DNA from: Bacillota bacterium
GTDB lineage: Bacteria; Bacillota; Sulfobacillia; RBS10-35; JAJYVN01
Direction: 5' to 3'
DNA length: 64,000 bases
Assembly (NCBI GenBank): GCA_021806565.1
Contig: JAJZXK010000005.1
Coordinates: forward strand, 2,555 to 66,554
Shown here: piece after piece, positions 26,501-34,191 of the stretch
Layout: each line of letters opens with the position of its first letter
How positions within the stretch are numbered: the first letter of the stretch is position 1
The notes under the pieces: model-generated
What the model was told of the DNA's origin: nothing
Seen by the model: the letters and a program-made list of their open reading frames with translations, nothing else
Database searches by the model: none
Made by a program: the position numbers and the translations under genes

Positions 26501-28342
26501 AAGCCCGGCGCGCCAAAAGCGCCAGGCGCTGCGGACCAGCTTGGGCCAGGCGCGCGGGTTACGCGGAATCCTGCCCTGGCGGGCGTAGTCCAGCCCGACG
26601 CGCAGGGTACCGCGCAGGCTGCGGACGGCCCGTAGCGGCAGCAGCGGCCGCGGCACAAAGGCGACGGTACCGATCAGCACCCGACGCCGACCGACTTCCG
26701 CGACCACCTCCACGCGTCGTGCCCAGCGCGGCACGAGGTGTGCACCGAACCGCGCCCGGAAGCCGGAGGCCAGCGCCGCCGGCAACGGGTGGGCCGTATA
26801 CACGTCCGGCCGCTGCAGCCCCTGTTCCGCGACCGCCACCACCCGACCGGACCAGCGCACGGTGATGCGGTCCAGCGGGGCGAATGGGCAGAAGGCCCAG
26901 CCACTTACCACCAACTCGCCGTGGCGCCGTACCGCCCCGGCGGGCTCCTCGACCTGCCCGATCACCTGGACCGGCAGGCCCGACGCCATCCGCACCGCCG
27001 GCGCCGGATTGGCTGGCGCGGGATTGGGCGGGGCTCCCGCGAGTTGGAGATTGCGAACCGCGTCCTCGATGGCGCTCGCCAGCCCGTCCCAGCGATTTGC
27101 CCCGCCCGCCGGCAACAGGGCCGTCAGGGACGCCAGGGACGCGCGCAGTTCTTCCAGGTGCCCGACCAAACCCCGCAACTGCTCGGCGACGCCGGCGGCC
27201 TGCGCGCCCTCGCGCACCAGGGTGTCCACCGTCTCCTGGGCGCGGAGCGCCTGGGCCTCCCTTTCCTGCAGCAGGGTGCGCTGGCGCTCCGCCTCCGCCT
27301 CCATGGCGCGGATGCGCTCGCGTGCCTCCCGCAACTCCGCCTCGCGCAGTTCGCGTACCGCCGCGGCGGCCGCGAGGTCCCGGCGCAGGCCCTCCACCGC
27401 ATCGCGCGCCTGACCCGCTTCCACCTCGCCGCGCTCGATGTGCTCCCGAGCCGCCGCCACCTGGCCTTGCAGGTCCGCGATGGCGGAGCGCGCCCGCTCC
27501 AACTCCACGTCCTTGTCCTGGATCGTGCCTGCCGCCTCACGCAGTTCGGCGTCCTTGGCCGCGATCGTCGCGCGCGCCAGGGCAAGTTCCTCGTCCTTGG
27601 CCGCGATGGTCGCACGCGCCACGACGAGTTCCGATGCCTCGGTGTCCAGGAGTTCGTGTGGATCGAGCCACCAGGAGCGCGCCTGCAGGTCCGGCAGGGG
27701 CCCGTCGCCACAAAGCCCGAGCAGATACACGGGCGGAACGTCGTCCAGTGCCCCGGCGGGCAGGTCGGCCGGTCCGTCCGGGCCATCCTGGCTCCAAATC
27801 GCCGACAGACGCACGATCCGCTGGCCATGAAGGCGGATGTGCTTGAAGTGCGCCGCCAGCGCGGCGAGGAACTCCTGGCGGTCGGCCTCGTTGCGGTGAA
27901 AGGGGTTTTGATAGCCGCGCGCCTCGCTGTAGATGGCGCGATTGGGAGTCGAAACCAACAGCAACCCGCCCGGACGCAGCAAGCGGTGCGCCTCGGCCAG
28001 CAGGGCTCCGGGGTCCTCCAGGTGTTCATAGATCTCGAACGCCACGACCAGGTCGGCGCTCGCGTCGGCAAGCCCGGTCCGGGTCGCGTCAGCGACCAGG
28101 AAGCTGAGTTGGGGGGCGGCGTACCGCACCCGCGCCGCCGCGACCGCCTCGGCCGAAAGATCGACGGCCCGCACCGAGCGCGCCACCAGACTGAGGCGGT
28201 GCGCACCATACCCCTCGCCGCAGCCGAGGTCCACAACATCCCGGCCGTCCGCCAGCCGCTGGGCCAGTGCATAGCGGTGCAGGTGCTCATACTGGGTCTC
28301 GCGCAGCCCGGCGCCGGGCACGTATCGTTCCTGCTCCTCCAC
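23588..28342 (-). CDS. 1584-aa multidomain protein: SAM methyltransferase - coiled coil - Ig-like - GT2 - GT2 - GT4
   Basis: EHLHRY/VDLGCGEGYG/STPN (MT), then a heptad region, GWAF...RPDV...SGF domain, ADDCS/FLDHDD/SQDYD (GT2), FLNDD/AVTAAC/NDVD (GT2), and NGLD/RKG/ESLPAVVLEA (GT4). Confidence 0.92.
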   Translation of the reverse strand: MEEQERYVPGAGLRETQYEHLHRYALAQRLADGRDVVDLGCGEGYGAHRLSLVARSVRAVDLSAEAVAAARVRYAAPQLSFLVADATRTGLADASADLVVAFEIYEHLEDPGALLAEAHRLLRPGGLLLVSTPNRAIYSEARGYQNPFHRNEADRQEFLAALAAHFKHIRLHGQRIVRLSAIWSQDGPDGPADLPAGALDDVPPVYLLGLCGDGPLPDLQARSWWLDPHELLDTEASELVVARATIAAKDEELALARATIAAKDAELREAAGTIQDKDVELERARSAIADLQGQVAAAREHIERGEVEAGQARDAVEGLRRDLAAAAAVRELREAELREARERIRAMEAEAERQRTLLQEREAQALRAQETVDTLVREGAQAAGVAEQLRGLVGHLEELRASLASLTALLPAGGANRWDGLASAIEDAVRNLQLAGAPPNPAPANPAPAVRMASGLPVQVIGQVEEPAGAVRRHGELVVSGWAFCPFAPLDRITVRWSGRVVAVAEQGLQRPDVYTAHPLPAALASGFRARFGAHLVPRWARRVEVVAEVGRRRVLIGTVAFVPRPLLPLRAVRSLRGTLRVGLDYARQGRIPRNPRAWPKLVRSAWRFWRAGLASDAVAARQLAAYDAYGEWLRGHVLTSAKRRALVAERSAFTVTPRISVVVAVHNVGEQWLRSCLDSVVDQTYDQWELCVADDCSTAEHVRPVLREYAERLGAERFRLVLLDTPHHISRAINAAAAAASGEYLAFLDHDDELTLDALQVMVREMQQSRADLYYSDDDKVDANGGRYAPQFKPDWSPELLLSYSYISHLLLMRTELFRSLEGFREGFEGSQDYDLLLRAAERSPRVVHIPRILYHWRALPQSTAASTSAKSYSLETGRRAVSEALVRRGLRGEVTQPRFAREAGLGIFRIDYAGIPEPLVSIIIPTHNGRFLERCIESLQEHTDYSNYEIIVADNLSDEPRTVDYLAGLKHKVLRIAHPESGRFSFAYVNNQAAAHASGEYLLFLNDDTEALEPRWLRAMVGVLQNPEVGAVGAKLLYPDRRIQHAGVLLGGGARGLARHAFRLAGGDYGGYLSFAQVMRNYSAVTAACLLTRRGLFEELGGFDEARFAVAYNDVDYCLRVCERGLRVVYQPDAALLHHEGISRGYRDDPREEAAFEEMWVSGRRDPYDNENLRQDSDLFEIQAGHLDPPVWRRPAHVALIGHNLNVEGAPLFQYNIAKELAAAGWACDVLSPQEGPLQRRYAAAGITPRIFSHPLVGATNAAMLRERFGRLGEEWRGAGVDVVHANTLHGYWAVLAARAAGLPSVWSIHESVDPREYFRQLPGFTYELALDALDSADRVVFVADATRRIFTEAVGRPFRLITVPNGLDVARVERFCAGTSRAQARQALGAAEGRFVWLIVGTTAPRKGQLYFVQAAAQALSRREGRDCEFWIVGARESPYLAEVRQAIAASPDPSRFRVVDETPDVYPYYRAADGFVCASLEESLPAVVLEAFAFELPLVSTDVFGIPEMVRREVDGLLVAPQDPTALADAMLRVLRDPDAARARAASGRGRLQKFCLTEMVRAYGDLFLQMVESGGMQYD
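27464..27631 (-). repeat. four imperfect 42-bp (14-aa, double-heptad) repeats in the coiled coil
   Basis: ELVVARATIAAKDE / ELALARATIAAKDA / ELREAAGTIQDKDV / ELERARSAIADLQG. Confidence 0.8.
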
Positions 28343-28362
28343 GGAAGCAAACCCCTCCAGGC

Positions 28363-29340
28363 CTAGCGGGTGAGGGCCTTTTGCGCCCAGCGACCAGCAA
28401 AGCAGGGTTCGTCACACATCGAGCGCAGCCTGCACCAGCCGACGCTTTCCAGGTCTCGCCGCCGCTTGCGCCAACACCGGCCGAGGCCGGCGAGCGCTGC
28501 CGATTTGGCCGAGAGGAAGGTGCGCAGCCGGCCGTGGCGCAGGAAAAAAACCGCGGCCCCACATTCATACAGCAGATGCCCGGGCAGGCAGGTGAGCAGG
28601 GCGTTGCGCGGCAGGGCGCGCAGGTAGGCCCACTCCAGATTGCGCTGCCCGTACCAGACGTAAAACTCGGAGAGCCGCCCGATGCTGCTGGAACCATGGT
28701 GGTACACGACCGCCGCGGGCGCCAGCACGCAGCGGGCGCCCGCGCGCGCCGCCCGGAGGTTGAGGTCCGAGTCCTCGTGGATGCAGAACAGGTCTTCATC
28801 GAAACCGCCCAGACGCGCAAACCACTGCCGCTCGACCACCATGGCGCACCCGGGTGCGCCCAGCACCATCTGGGGTTCCGCCGGCACCGCGTCGGCGGAT
28901 GTGCCCTGGCGGCGGTGCACGGGGATGCCGCAGCGGGTCCAGGTGTCCCCCAGGCTCTCCACCCGGTCCGGGTGGGCGATGGAACGCACCTGGCTGGCGA
29001 CCATGTCCGCCGGCAGGGCGGCGCGGATCTGGGCCAACCAGTCTTCGGCCAGCACCACATCGGGATTGAGAAAGGCCAGATGGGTACCCGTGGCCTGGCG
29101 GGCACCCAGGTTGCAGGCCGCGGCGAAGCCGAGGTTGTGGGGACTGGCCGTCAACCGCACGGCAAGCGGGACCCGCCGCACGGCGGGAACGCTCCCGTCG
29201 GTCGAGGCGCTGTCCACCACCACCACCTCGTCAAAGGCCACCGATTGGCGGCGCAGCGACTCCAGACAGTCGCCGACGGTTGCCTCGCTCTGATGGGTGA
29301 CGATCACGGCCGACACCCGTAGCGCATCGTCCCCCGCCAC
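28363..29340 (-). CDS. glycosyltransferase family 2
   Basis: VVVDSASTDGS, NLGFAAACN, FLNPD, GGFDEDLF..EDSDL. Confidence 0.9.
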   Translation of the reverse strand: MAGDDALRVSAVIVTHQSEATVGDCLESLRRQSVAFDEVVVVDSASTDGSVPAVRRVPLAVRLTASPHNLGFAAACNLGARQATGTHLAFLNPDVVLAEDWLAQIRAALPADMVASQVRSIAHPDRVESLGDTWTRCGIPVHRRQGTSADAVPAEPQMVLGAPGCAMVVERQWFARLGGFDEDLFCIHEDSDLNLRAARAGARCVLAPAAVVYHHGSSSIGRLSEFYVWYGQRNLEWAYLRALPRNALLTCLPGHLLYECGAAVFFLRHGRLRTFLSAKSAALAGLGRCWRKRRRDLESVGWCRLRSMCDEPCFAGRWAQKALTR

Positions 29341-29391
29341 GCCGCCCCCTCCTCCGGCGGACGGCCCGGGCGCCCCGGCCGTCCGCTTCGC

Positions 29392-30333
29392 TCAGCCCGC
29401 GCGCCCGGCCGGGCGCCCCGGCCGCACCAGCGTAGGTACCACGGTCAGCACCCCGTACGCCGCGATCCCCAACCAGACGCAGGCGCTCCACACCGGGCCG
29501 TACCGGCGGGCGAGGTGCTTGCGGTAAAAAAGCCACATTGCGTGCGCAAACGCATACCTGGACCGCCAGCCGCCCTTGCGCGTGCTGCCGCCCTTGAAGT
29601 GCAGCACCCGTCCGACCGGCGCATACCAGACCTGCCAGCCCGCGTGCTTGGCGCGCCAGCACCAATCGAGCTCCTCGCCGAAGAGAAAGAACGATTCGTC
29701 CAAGCCACCGATGGCCTCAGCCACCTGGCGCCGCGCCATCAGGCAGGCGCCGGAGACCGCGTCGACCTGTGCCGGGGCGTCGACCGGCAGGTCGGCGGCG
29801 TTGTAGCGGGCAAAGCGGGCCGCAAGCGGACCGCCCCGCCACCGGCTCCAGCGCGCAACCCCGGTCAGGGTCCAGAAGGCGTCCAGGGGGCTGGGGATGC
29901 GCCGCCGGCAGGCCCGCTGCAGGGAGCCGTCCGGGTTTACGACCGCCGGGCCGGCGATCCCGGCCTGGGGATGCGCCCGCAAGAAGTCCACCAATCCGGA
30001 TACGGTCCGCGCATCGCAGACCGTATCCGGATTGAGCAGCAACAGATAGCGGCCCAGCGCCTCGCGGATGCCGAGGTTATTCGCCGCCGCAAAGCCCAGG
30101 TTGCGCCCCGGACGGATGAGCCGCACCGCCGGCCAATCCCGCGCCAGATACGCCGCCGTCCCATCGCTGGAGTCGTTATCCACCACGATGACCTCGCCGG
30201 CCGCCGCGACGGCCGCCAAGCATCCAGGCAGGTATTCGCGGCAGTTCCAGGCCACCACGATGACGCTGACCTCTGGGCCCACGGCACGCCCAGCCGCCTC
30301 CGCGTCCCGCCCGCTCCCTTTCCCGCTTGCCAT
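29392..30333 (-). CDS. glycosyltransferase family 2 (WbbL-like rhamnosyltransferase)
   Basis: VVDNDSSDG, NLGFAAANN, LLNPD, VSGACL, LDESFFLFGEELDWC. Confidence 0.88.
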   Translation of the reverse strand: MASGKGSGRDAEAAGRAVGPEVSVIVVAWNCREYLPGCLAAVAAAGEVIVVDNDSSDGTAAYLARDWPAVRLIRPGRNLGFAAANNLGIREALGRYLLLLNPDTVCDARTVSGLVDFLRAHPQAGIAGPAVVNPDGSLQRACRRRIPSPLDAFWTLTGVARWSRWRGGPLAARFARYNAADLPVDAPAQVDAVSGACLMARRQVAEAIGGLDESFFLFGEELDWCWRAKHAGWQVWYAPVGRVLHFKGGSTRKGGWRSRYAFAHAMWLFYRKHLARRYGPVWSACVWLGIAAYGVLTVVPTLVRPGRPAGRAG

Positions 30334-30341
30334 GGCTTGGC

Positions 30342-30797
30342 CTACCGGGCCTTCGTGGTCCAGTCGAACCCGATGGCCGGATCGTCGAAGGCGAGGCGCT
30401 TTTCATCCGGATCCTTGGGGTTGTACGACTCGGTGGTGAAATACACGATGGCGGCCGGCTCGTTGCCCAGCACCCGGTAGCCATGGGCGACGCCTTTGGG
30501 TATCAGCACCAGAACGGGGTTTTCCTCTCCCATATACACGACCTGTGTCTGGCCCTGCGTCGGCGATCCGGGGCGGAGATCGTGCAGTACCGTCTGAGCG
30601 TTGCCCCGGGGAAAAAACCACAGATCGTCCTGCCGCTCATGATAATGAAAAGCCTTGATCACTCCAGGATAGCTGAGGGAGAAGGACGCCTGGCCGAAGC
30701 GGCGCAGCAACGCGTCATCGTCGCGCAAGATCTCCATGAAGTAACCGCGGTCGTCCGGATGCCGCACCAAGCGCTTCACCACGACACCGTCGATCAT
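30342..30797 (-). CDS. rfbC: dTDP-4-dehydrorhamnose 3,5-epimerase (SpsL-like)
   Basis: DDRGYFMEI, YPGVIKAFHYH..QDDLW, IPKGVAHGY. Confidence 0.9.
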   Translation of the reverse strand: MIDGVVVKRLVRHPDDRGYFMEILRDDDALLRRFGQASFSLSYPGVIKAFHYHERQDDLWFFPRGNAQTVLHDLRPGSPTQGQTQVVYMGEENPVLVLIPKGVAHGYRVLGNEPAAIVYFTTESYNPKDPDEKRLAFDDPAIGFDWTTKAR

Positions 30798-31657
30798 GCC
30801 TGCCGCCCGCCTCCTGTTGCGTCCAAATCCCGAAGCACCTCGGCCAGCGCGTCCTTCCAAGGCCGCGGCTCGATACCCGTCGCCGCCGTAAAGGCGTCCG
30901 TGCTCAGCACCGAATAGGCGGGGCGCCGCGCCGGCCGCGGAAACTCCGCCGTCGATACCGGCAGGACACGGGCGGCGAGGCCGGCCTGCGCGACGATCTC
31001 CCTGGCAAAGCCATACCACGTGCACTCGCCGGCGTTGCAGGCGTGAACGGTCCCGACCGCACCCCGGTCGGCGAGGGCCCAAATCCACGCCGCGAGGTCA
31101 TCGGCACAGGTCGGCCGCCCACGCTGGTCGTCGACCACCCGCAACTCGGGCCGCTCGGCCGCCAGGCGGAGGATCGTGCGCACGAAGTTGCGGCCGCGCG
31201 CGGCGAAGACCCAGGAGGTGCGCACGATGGTGTGGTCCCGCGGCAGCAGGGTGCGCACGGCCAACTCGCCGCCCAGCTTGCTTGCGCCGTAGGCCGATGT
31301 GGGTTGCAGCGGGTCGCCCGGCTCATACGGCCGGGAGGCGTCGCCGGCAAAGACGTAATCCGTGCTCACATAGATCAGGCGCGCACCGATGGCCGCACAG
31401 ACCCGCGCCAGGTTGGCCGTTCCCTCGGCGTTGACCCGCCAGGCCCGCTGCCGGTCATCCTCACAGCCATCCACGTCCGTGTAGGCACCGGCATGCACGA
31501 CCAGCGCCGGACGCACCCGCTCCACAGCCCGCGCCACGGCCTGCGGATCACCGACGTCCAGGTCCTGGCGGCCCAGGGCCTCGACCGTCCCCGGCGCGCC
31601 CGCCGCGAGCGCCACCCCGAGTTGACCCTCGCCACCCGTGATCAAATACTCAGCCAC
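30794..31657 (-). CDS. rfbD: dTDP-4-dehydrorhamnose reductase
   Basis: TGGEGQLG, AYTDVD, STDYVF, YGASKLGGE, VVDDQRGRPT, ARRPAYSVL. Confidence 0.93.
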   Translation of the reverse strand: MAEYLITGGEGQLGVALAAGAPGTVEALGRQDLDVGDPQAVARAVERVRPALVVHAGAYTDVDGCEDDRQRAWRVNAEGTANLARVCAAIGARLIYVSTDYVFAGDASRPYEPGDPLQPTSAYGASKLGGELAVRTLLPRDHTIVRTSWVFAARGRNFVRTILRLAAERPELRVVDDQRGRPTCADDLAAWIWALADRGAVGTVHACNAGECTWYGFAREIVAQAGLAARVLPVSTAEFPRPARRPAYSVLSTDAFTAATGIEPRPWKDALAEVLRDLDATGGGRQA

Positions 31658-32663
31658 CAGCGTCGGCCCCGACGCCGCCGTACTGCCGCCGGATGTAGGC
31701 CTGATACTCCGGTCCCAGAAGCGGCCGCCACCATCCGGGATGGTCGCGATACCAGCGCACCGTCTCCGCCAGTCCCGTCTCCAGGTCGGTCCGCGGAACC
31801 CAGTCGAGTTCGGACCGGCTGCGGCCGGCATCCACCGCGTAGCGGAAGTCGTGGCCGGGCCGGTCCGCGACAAACCGAACCAGATCCGCTGGGGCACCCG
31901 TCAAGCGCAGGATGGCGCGCACCATCTCCAAATTGGTCCGCTCCGCGCCGCCGCCGAAATTATAGACGCGGCCGGGCCGCCCGTGGCGCAACGCCGCCAG
32001 GATGCCGCGGCAGTGGTCCTCGACGTGGATCCAGTCGCGCACGTTGCGACCGTCCCCATACACCGGCACCGGCTCTCCCGCCAGGGCGCGCACGATCGTC
32101 AGCGGGATGAGCTTTTCTGGGAACTGGTAGGGACCGTAGTTGTTGCTGCAGCGCGTCACCACCACCGGCAGTCCGTGGGTCGTGTGGTGGGCGAGTGCGA
32201 GCAGGTCCGCCGCGGCCTTGCTCGCCGCATACGGGCTGCGCGGCGCCGGCGGGGAATCCTCGGTGAACTGCCCGCTTTCCCCAAGGGAGCCGTAGACCTC
32301 ATCGGTCGAAACCTGGACGAAGCGTTCCACCCCTGCCGCGCGCGCGGTGTCCAGCAGGACCTGGGTGCCGATGACGTTGGTCTCCAAAAAGCCGCGGGCG
32401 TCGCGGATGCTGCGGTCCACGTGGCTCTCTGCCGCCAGGTGCAGCACCGCCTGGGCGCCGGCCAGTGCGTCGGCCATGAGCCCGGCGTCGCGGATGTCTG
32501 CCCGCACGAAGCGGACCCGGTCGCCCAGCCCGTCGAGGTTGGCGGGATTACCGGCATAGGTGAGGGCGTCCAGGGCGACGAGTTCATCCTCACCCTCAGC
32601 GCACAGCAGGCGGACCAGGTTGCTACCGATAAACCCCGCGGCGCCGGTGACCACGATCCTCAT
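31650..32663 (-). CDS. rfbB: dTDP-glucose 4,6-dehydratase
   Basis: TGAAGFIG, LTYAGN, AAESHVDRSI, STDEVYG, NNYGPYQFPEKLIP, DRPGHD. Confidence 0.95.
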   Translation of the reverse strand: MRIVVTGAAGFIGSNLVRLLCAEGEDELVALDALTYAGNPANLDGLGDRVRFVRADIRDAGLMADALAGAQAVLHLAAESHVDRSIRDARGFLETNVIGTQVLLDTARAAGVERFVQVSTDEVYGSLGESGQFTEDSPPAPRSPYAASKAAADLLALAHHTTHGLPVVVTRCSNNYGPYQFPEKLIPLTIVRALAGEPVPVYGDGRNVRDWIHVEDHCRGILAALRHGRPGRVYNFGGGAERTNLEMVRAILRLTGAPADLVRFVADRPGHDFRYAVDAGRSRSELDWVPRTDLETGLAETVRWYRDHPGWWRPLLGPEYQAYIRRQYGGVGADAGG

Positions 32664-33433
32664 GCCCGCACCCCCGCCGGAGTGCGGCCAGCCGGCATCC
32701 CGCCGGCCGGCAACTCCAATGCCAAGCGATTGGCCAACTGCAGGGACGCGATCGTGCCCGCGTCGGTCCACCAGCCGGGCAGGATGTCGTAGTGCAGCGA
32801 CTCTTCGGCGATGTACCGGTTATTGACATCCGAGATCTCCAACTCGCCACGGGCCGACGGCTGGAGGTCGCGGATGAACTCGAACACCCGCGCGTCATAC
32901 ATGTAGATACCGGTGACGCACAGGTCGCTGCGCGGCCGCGCCGGCTTCTCCTCGATGCCGACGATGCGGCCGTCGCGGACCTCGGCCACCCCGAAGCGCT
33001 GCGGGTCGTTCACCGACTTGAGCAACAGGCGCGCCCCAGCCGGCTGGGCGCGGAAGCCGTCCACAAACGGGGTGATGTCCGCCTCAAAGATGTTGTCCCC
33101 GAGAAGAACCACCGTGCTGCCGCCGCCGGCGAACGCTTCGGCGAGTGCCAGGGCCTGCGCGATCCCGCCCGGTTCGTCCTGGACCCGATAGGTAAAACGG
33201 GCCCCCCAGTCACGACCGCTGCCCAGCAGGTTGACCACGTCGCCCATGTGCTCGAGGCCGGTCACCACCAGCACATCGGTGATCCCCGCCGCCACCAGCT
33301 TGGCGATCGGATAGTAGATCATCGGGTAGCCTCCGACCGGCAGCAGGTGCTTGTTGGTCACCTTCGTCAGCGGATACAGGCGCGATCCCGTGCCACCGGC
33401 CAGCACGACCCCGGACAGCCGCCCCTCCACCAC
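32660..33433 (-). CDS. rfbA: glucose-1-phosphate thymidylyltransferase (short SpsI type)
   Basis: LAGGTGSRLYPLTKVTNKHLLPV, LGDNIF, IEEKP, SARGELEISDVN, WTDAGT. Confidence 0.93.
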   Translation of the reverse strand: MVEGRLSGVVLAGGTGSRLYPLTKVTNKHLLPVGGYPMIYYPIAKLVAAGITDVLVVTGLEHMGDVVNLLGSGRDWGARFTYRVQDEPGGIAQALALAEAFAGGGSTVVLLGDNIFEADITPFVDGFRAQPAGARLLLKSVNDPQRFGVAEVRDGRIVGIEEKPARPRSDLCVTGIYMYDARVFEFIRDLQPSARGELEISDVNNRYIAEESLHYDILPGWWTDAGTIASLQLANRLALELPAGGMPAGRTPAGVRA

Positions 33434-33457
33434 GCGCCCCCCCCTTTCGTCGGCCGC

Positions 33458-34054
33458 TCAGGTCCGCAGCGGCACCGCCCGCATCAGCCACAGGTCCTGG
33501 ATGCCCTCGGCCGTGCGTTTGCCCGCCCAAAGGCGGGCCTCGCGCCGAAAGCCGCAACGCTCGTAGGCCCGGATCGCCCGGGCATTCCACACCGCCACCC
33601 GCAGATGCACGCTGCGCAACCGCCAGGCGCCAAACGCCAACTCGAGGAAGCCGCTCAGGGCCGCCCCCCCGTAGCCGCGGCCCCAGGTCGCGGGGTCCCC
33701 CAGGCAGATGCGCAACTCGCCGCTGCGCCGCCGCCAGTTGAGGTCGCGCAACTCCACCCAGCCGAGCAACTGACCGGCGGCGGTCTCCACCGCGCGCACC
33801 ACATGCCCGGCAGGCCGTTCCCGGTGGCTGGCGCTGCGCCCGAGCGGGCTGACGGCCTCCCCGCAGCACGGGACCCAGTCGGCGGCAGCGTCCGCCCCCG
33901 CGACACCTTCACTACCGAGATAGTGGCGCCGCACCTCTGGGTCGGCGGCCCAGCGCAAAAAGACGTCGGAATCCTCAGGGCGCAGTGGCCGCAACCGCAC
34001 CTCGGGCATCGGGCGCGACGGCGCCGGAACGGGCTCAAGTGCGACAGCGCTCAC
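33458..34054 (-). CDS. GNAT N-acetyltransferase (RimJ/RimL-like)
   Basis: LRPLRPED, WGRGYG, NARAIRAYERCGF..E. GTG start with GAGGTG SD. Confidence 0.85.
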   Translation of the reverse strand: MSAVALEPVPAPSRPMPEVRLRPLRPEDSDVFLRWAADPEVRRHYLGSEGVAGADAAADWVPCCGEAVSPLGRSASHRERPAGHVVRAVETAAGQLLGWVELRDLNWRRRSGELRICLGDPATWGRGYGGAALSGFLELAFGAWRLRSVHLRVAVWNARAIRAYERCGFRREARLWAGKRTAEGIQDLWLMRAVPLRT

Positions 34055-34191
34055 GTATCCACCTCGCGACCGTGCTAGCCCAGCCCCCCGCTCCGGGGGA
34101 TGCGGCCGCAAACAGCCTCCGTTTTCGGTGAAGCACACGGAGCCTCCTGCGAACCACAGGTGGACGATTGTGGACCCGTCGACGCGGATCG

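Noticed and set aside
26995-27035. NPAPANPAPA mini-repeat in the megaprotein
   Set aside because: An ordinary Pro/Ala interdomain linker.
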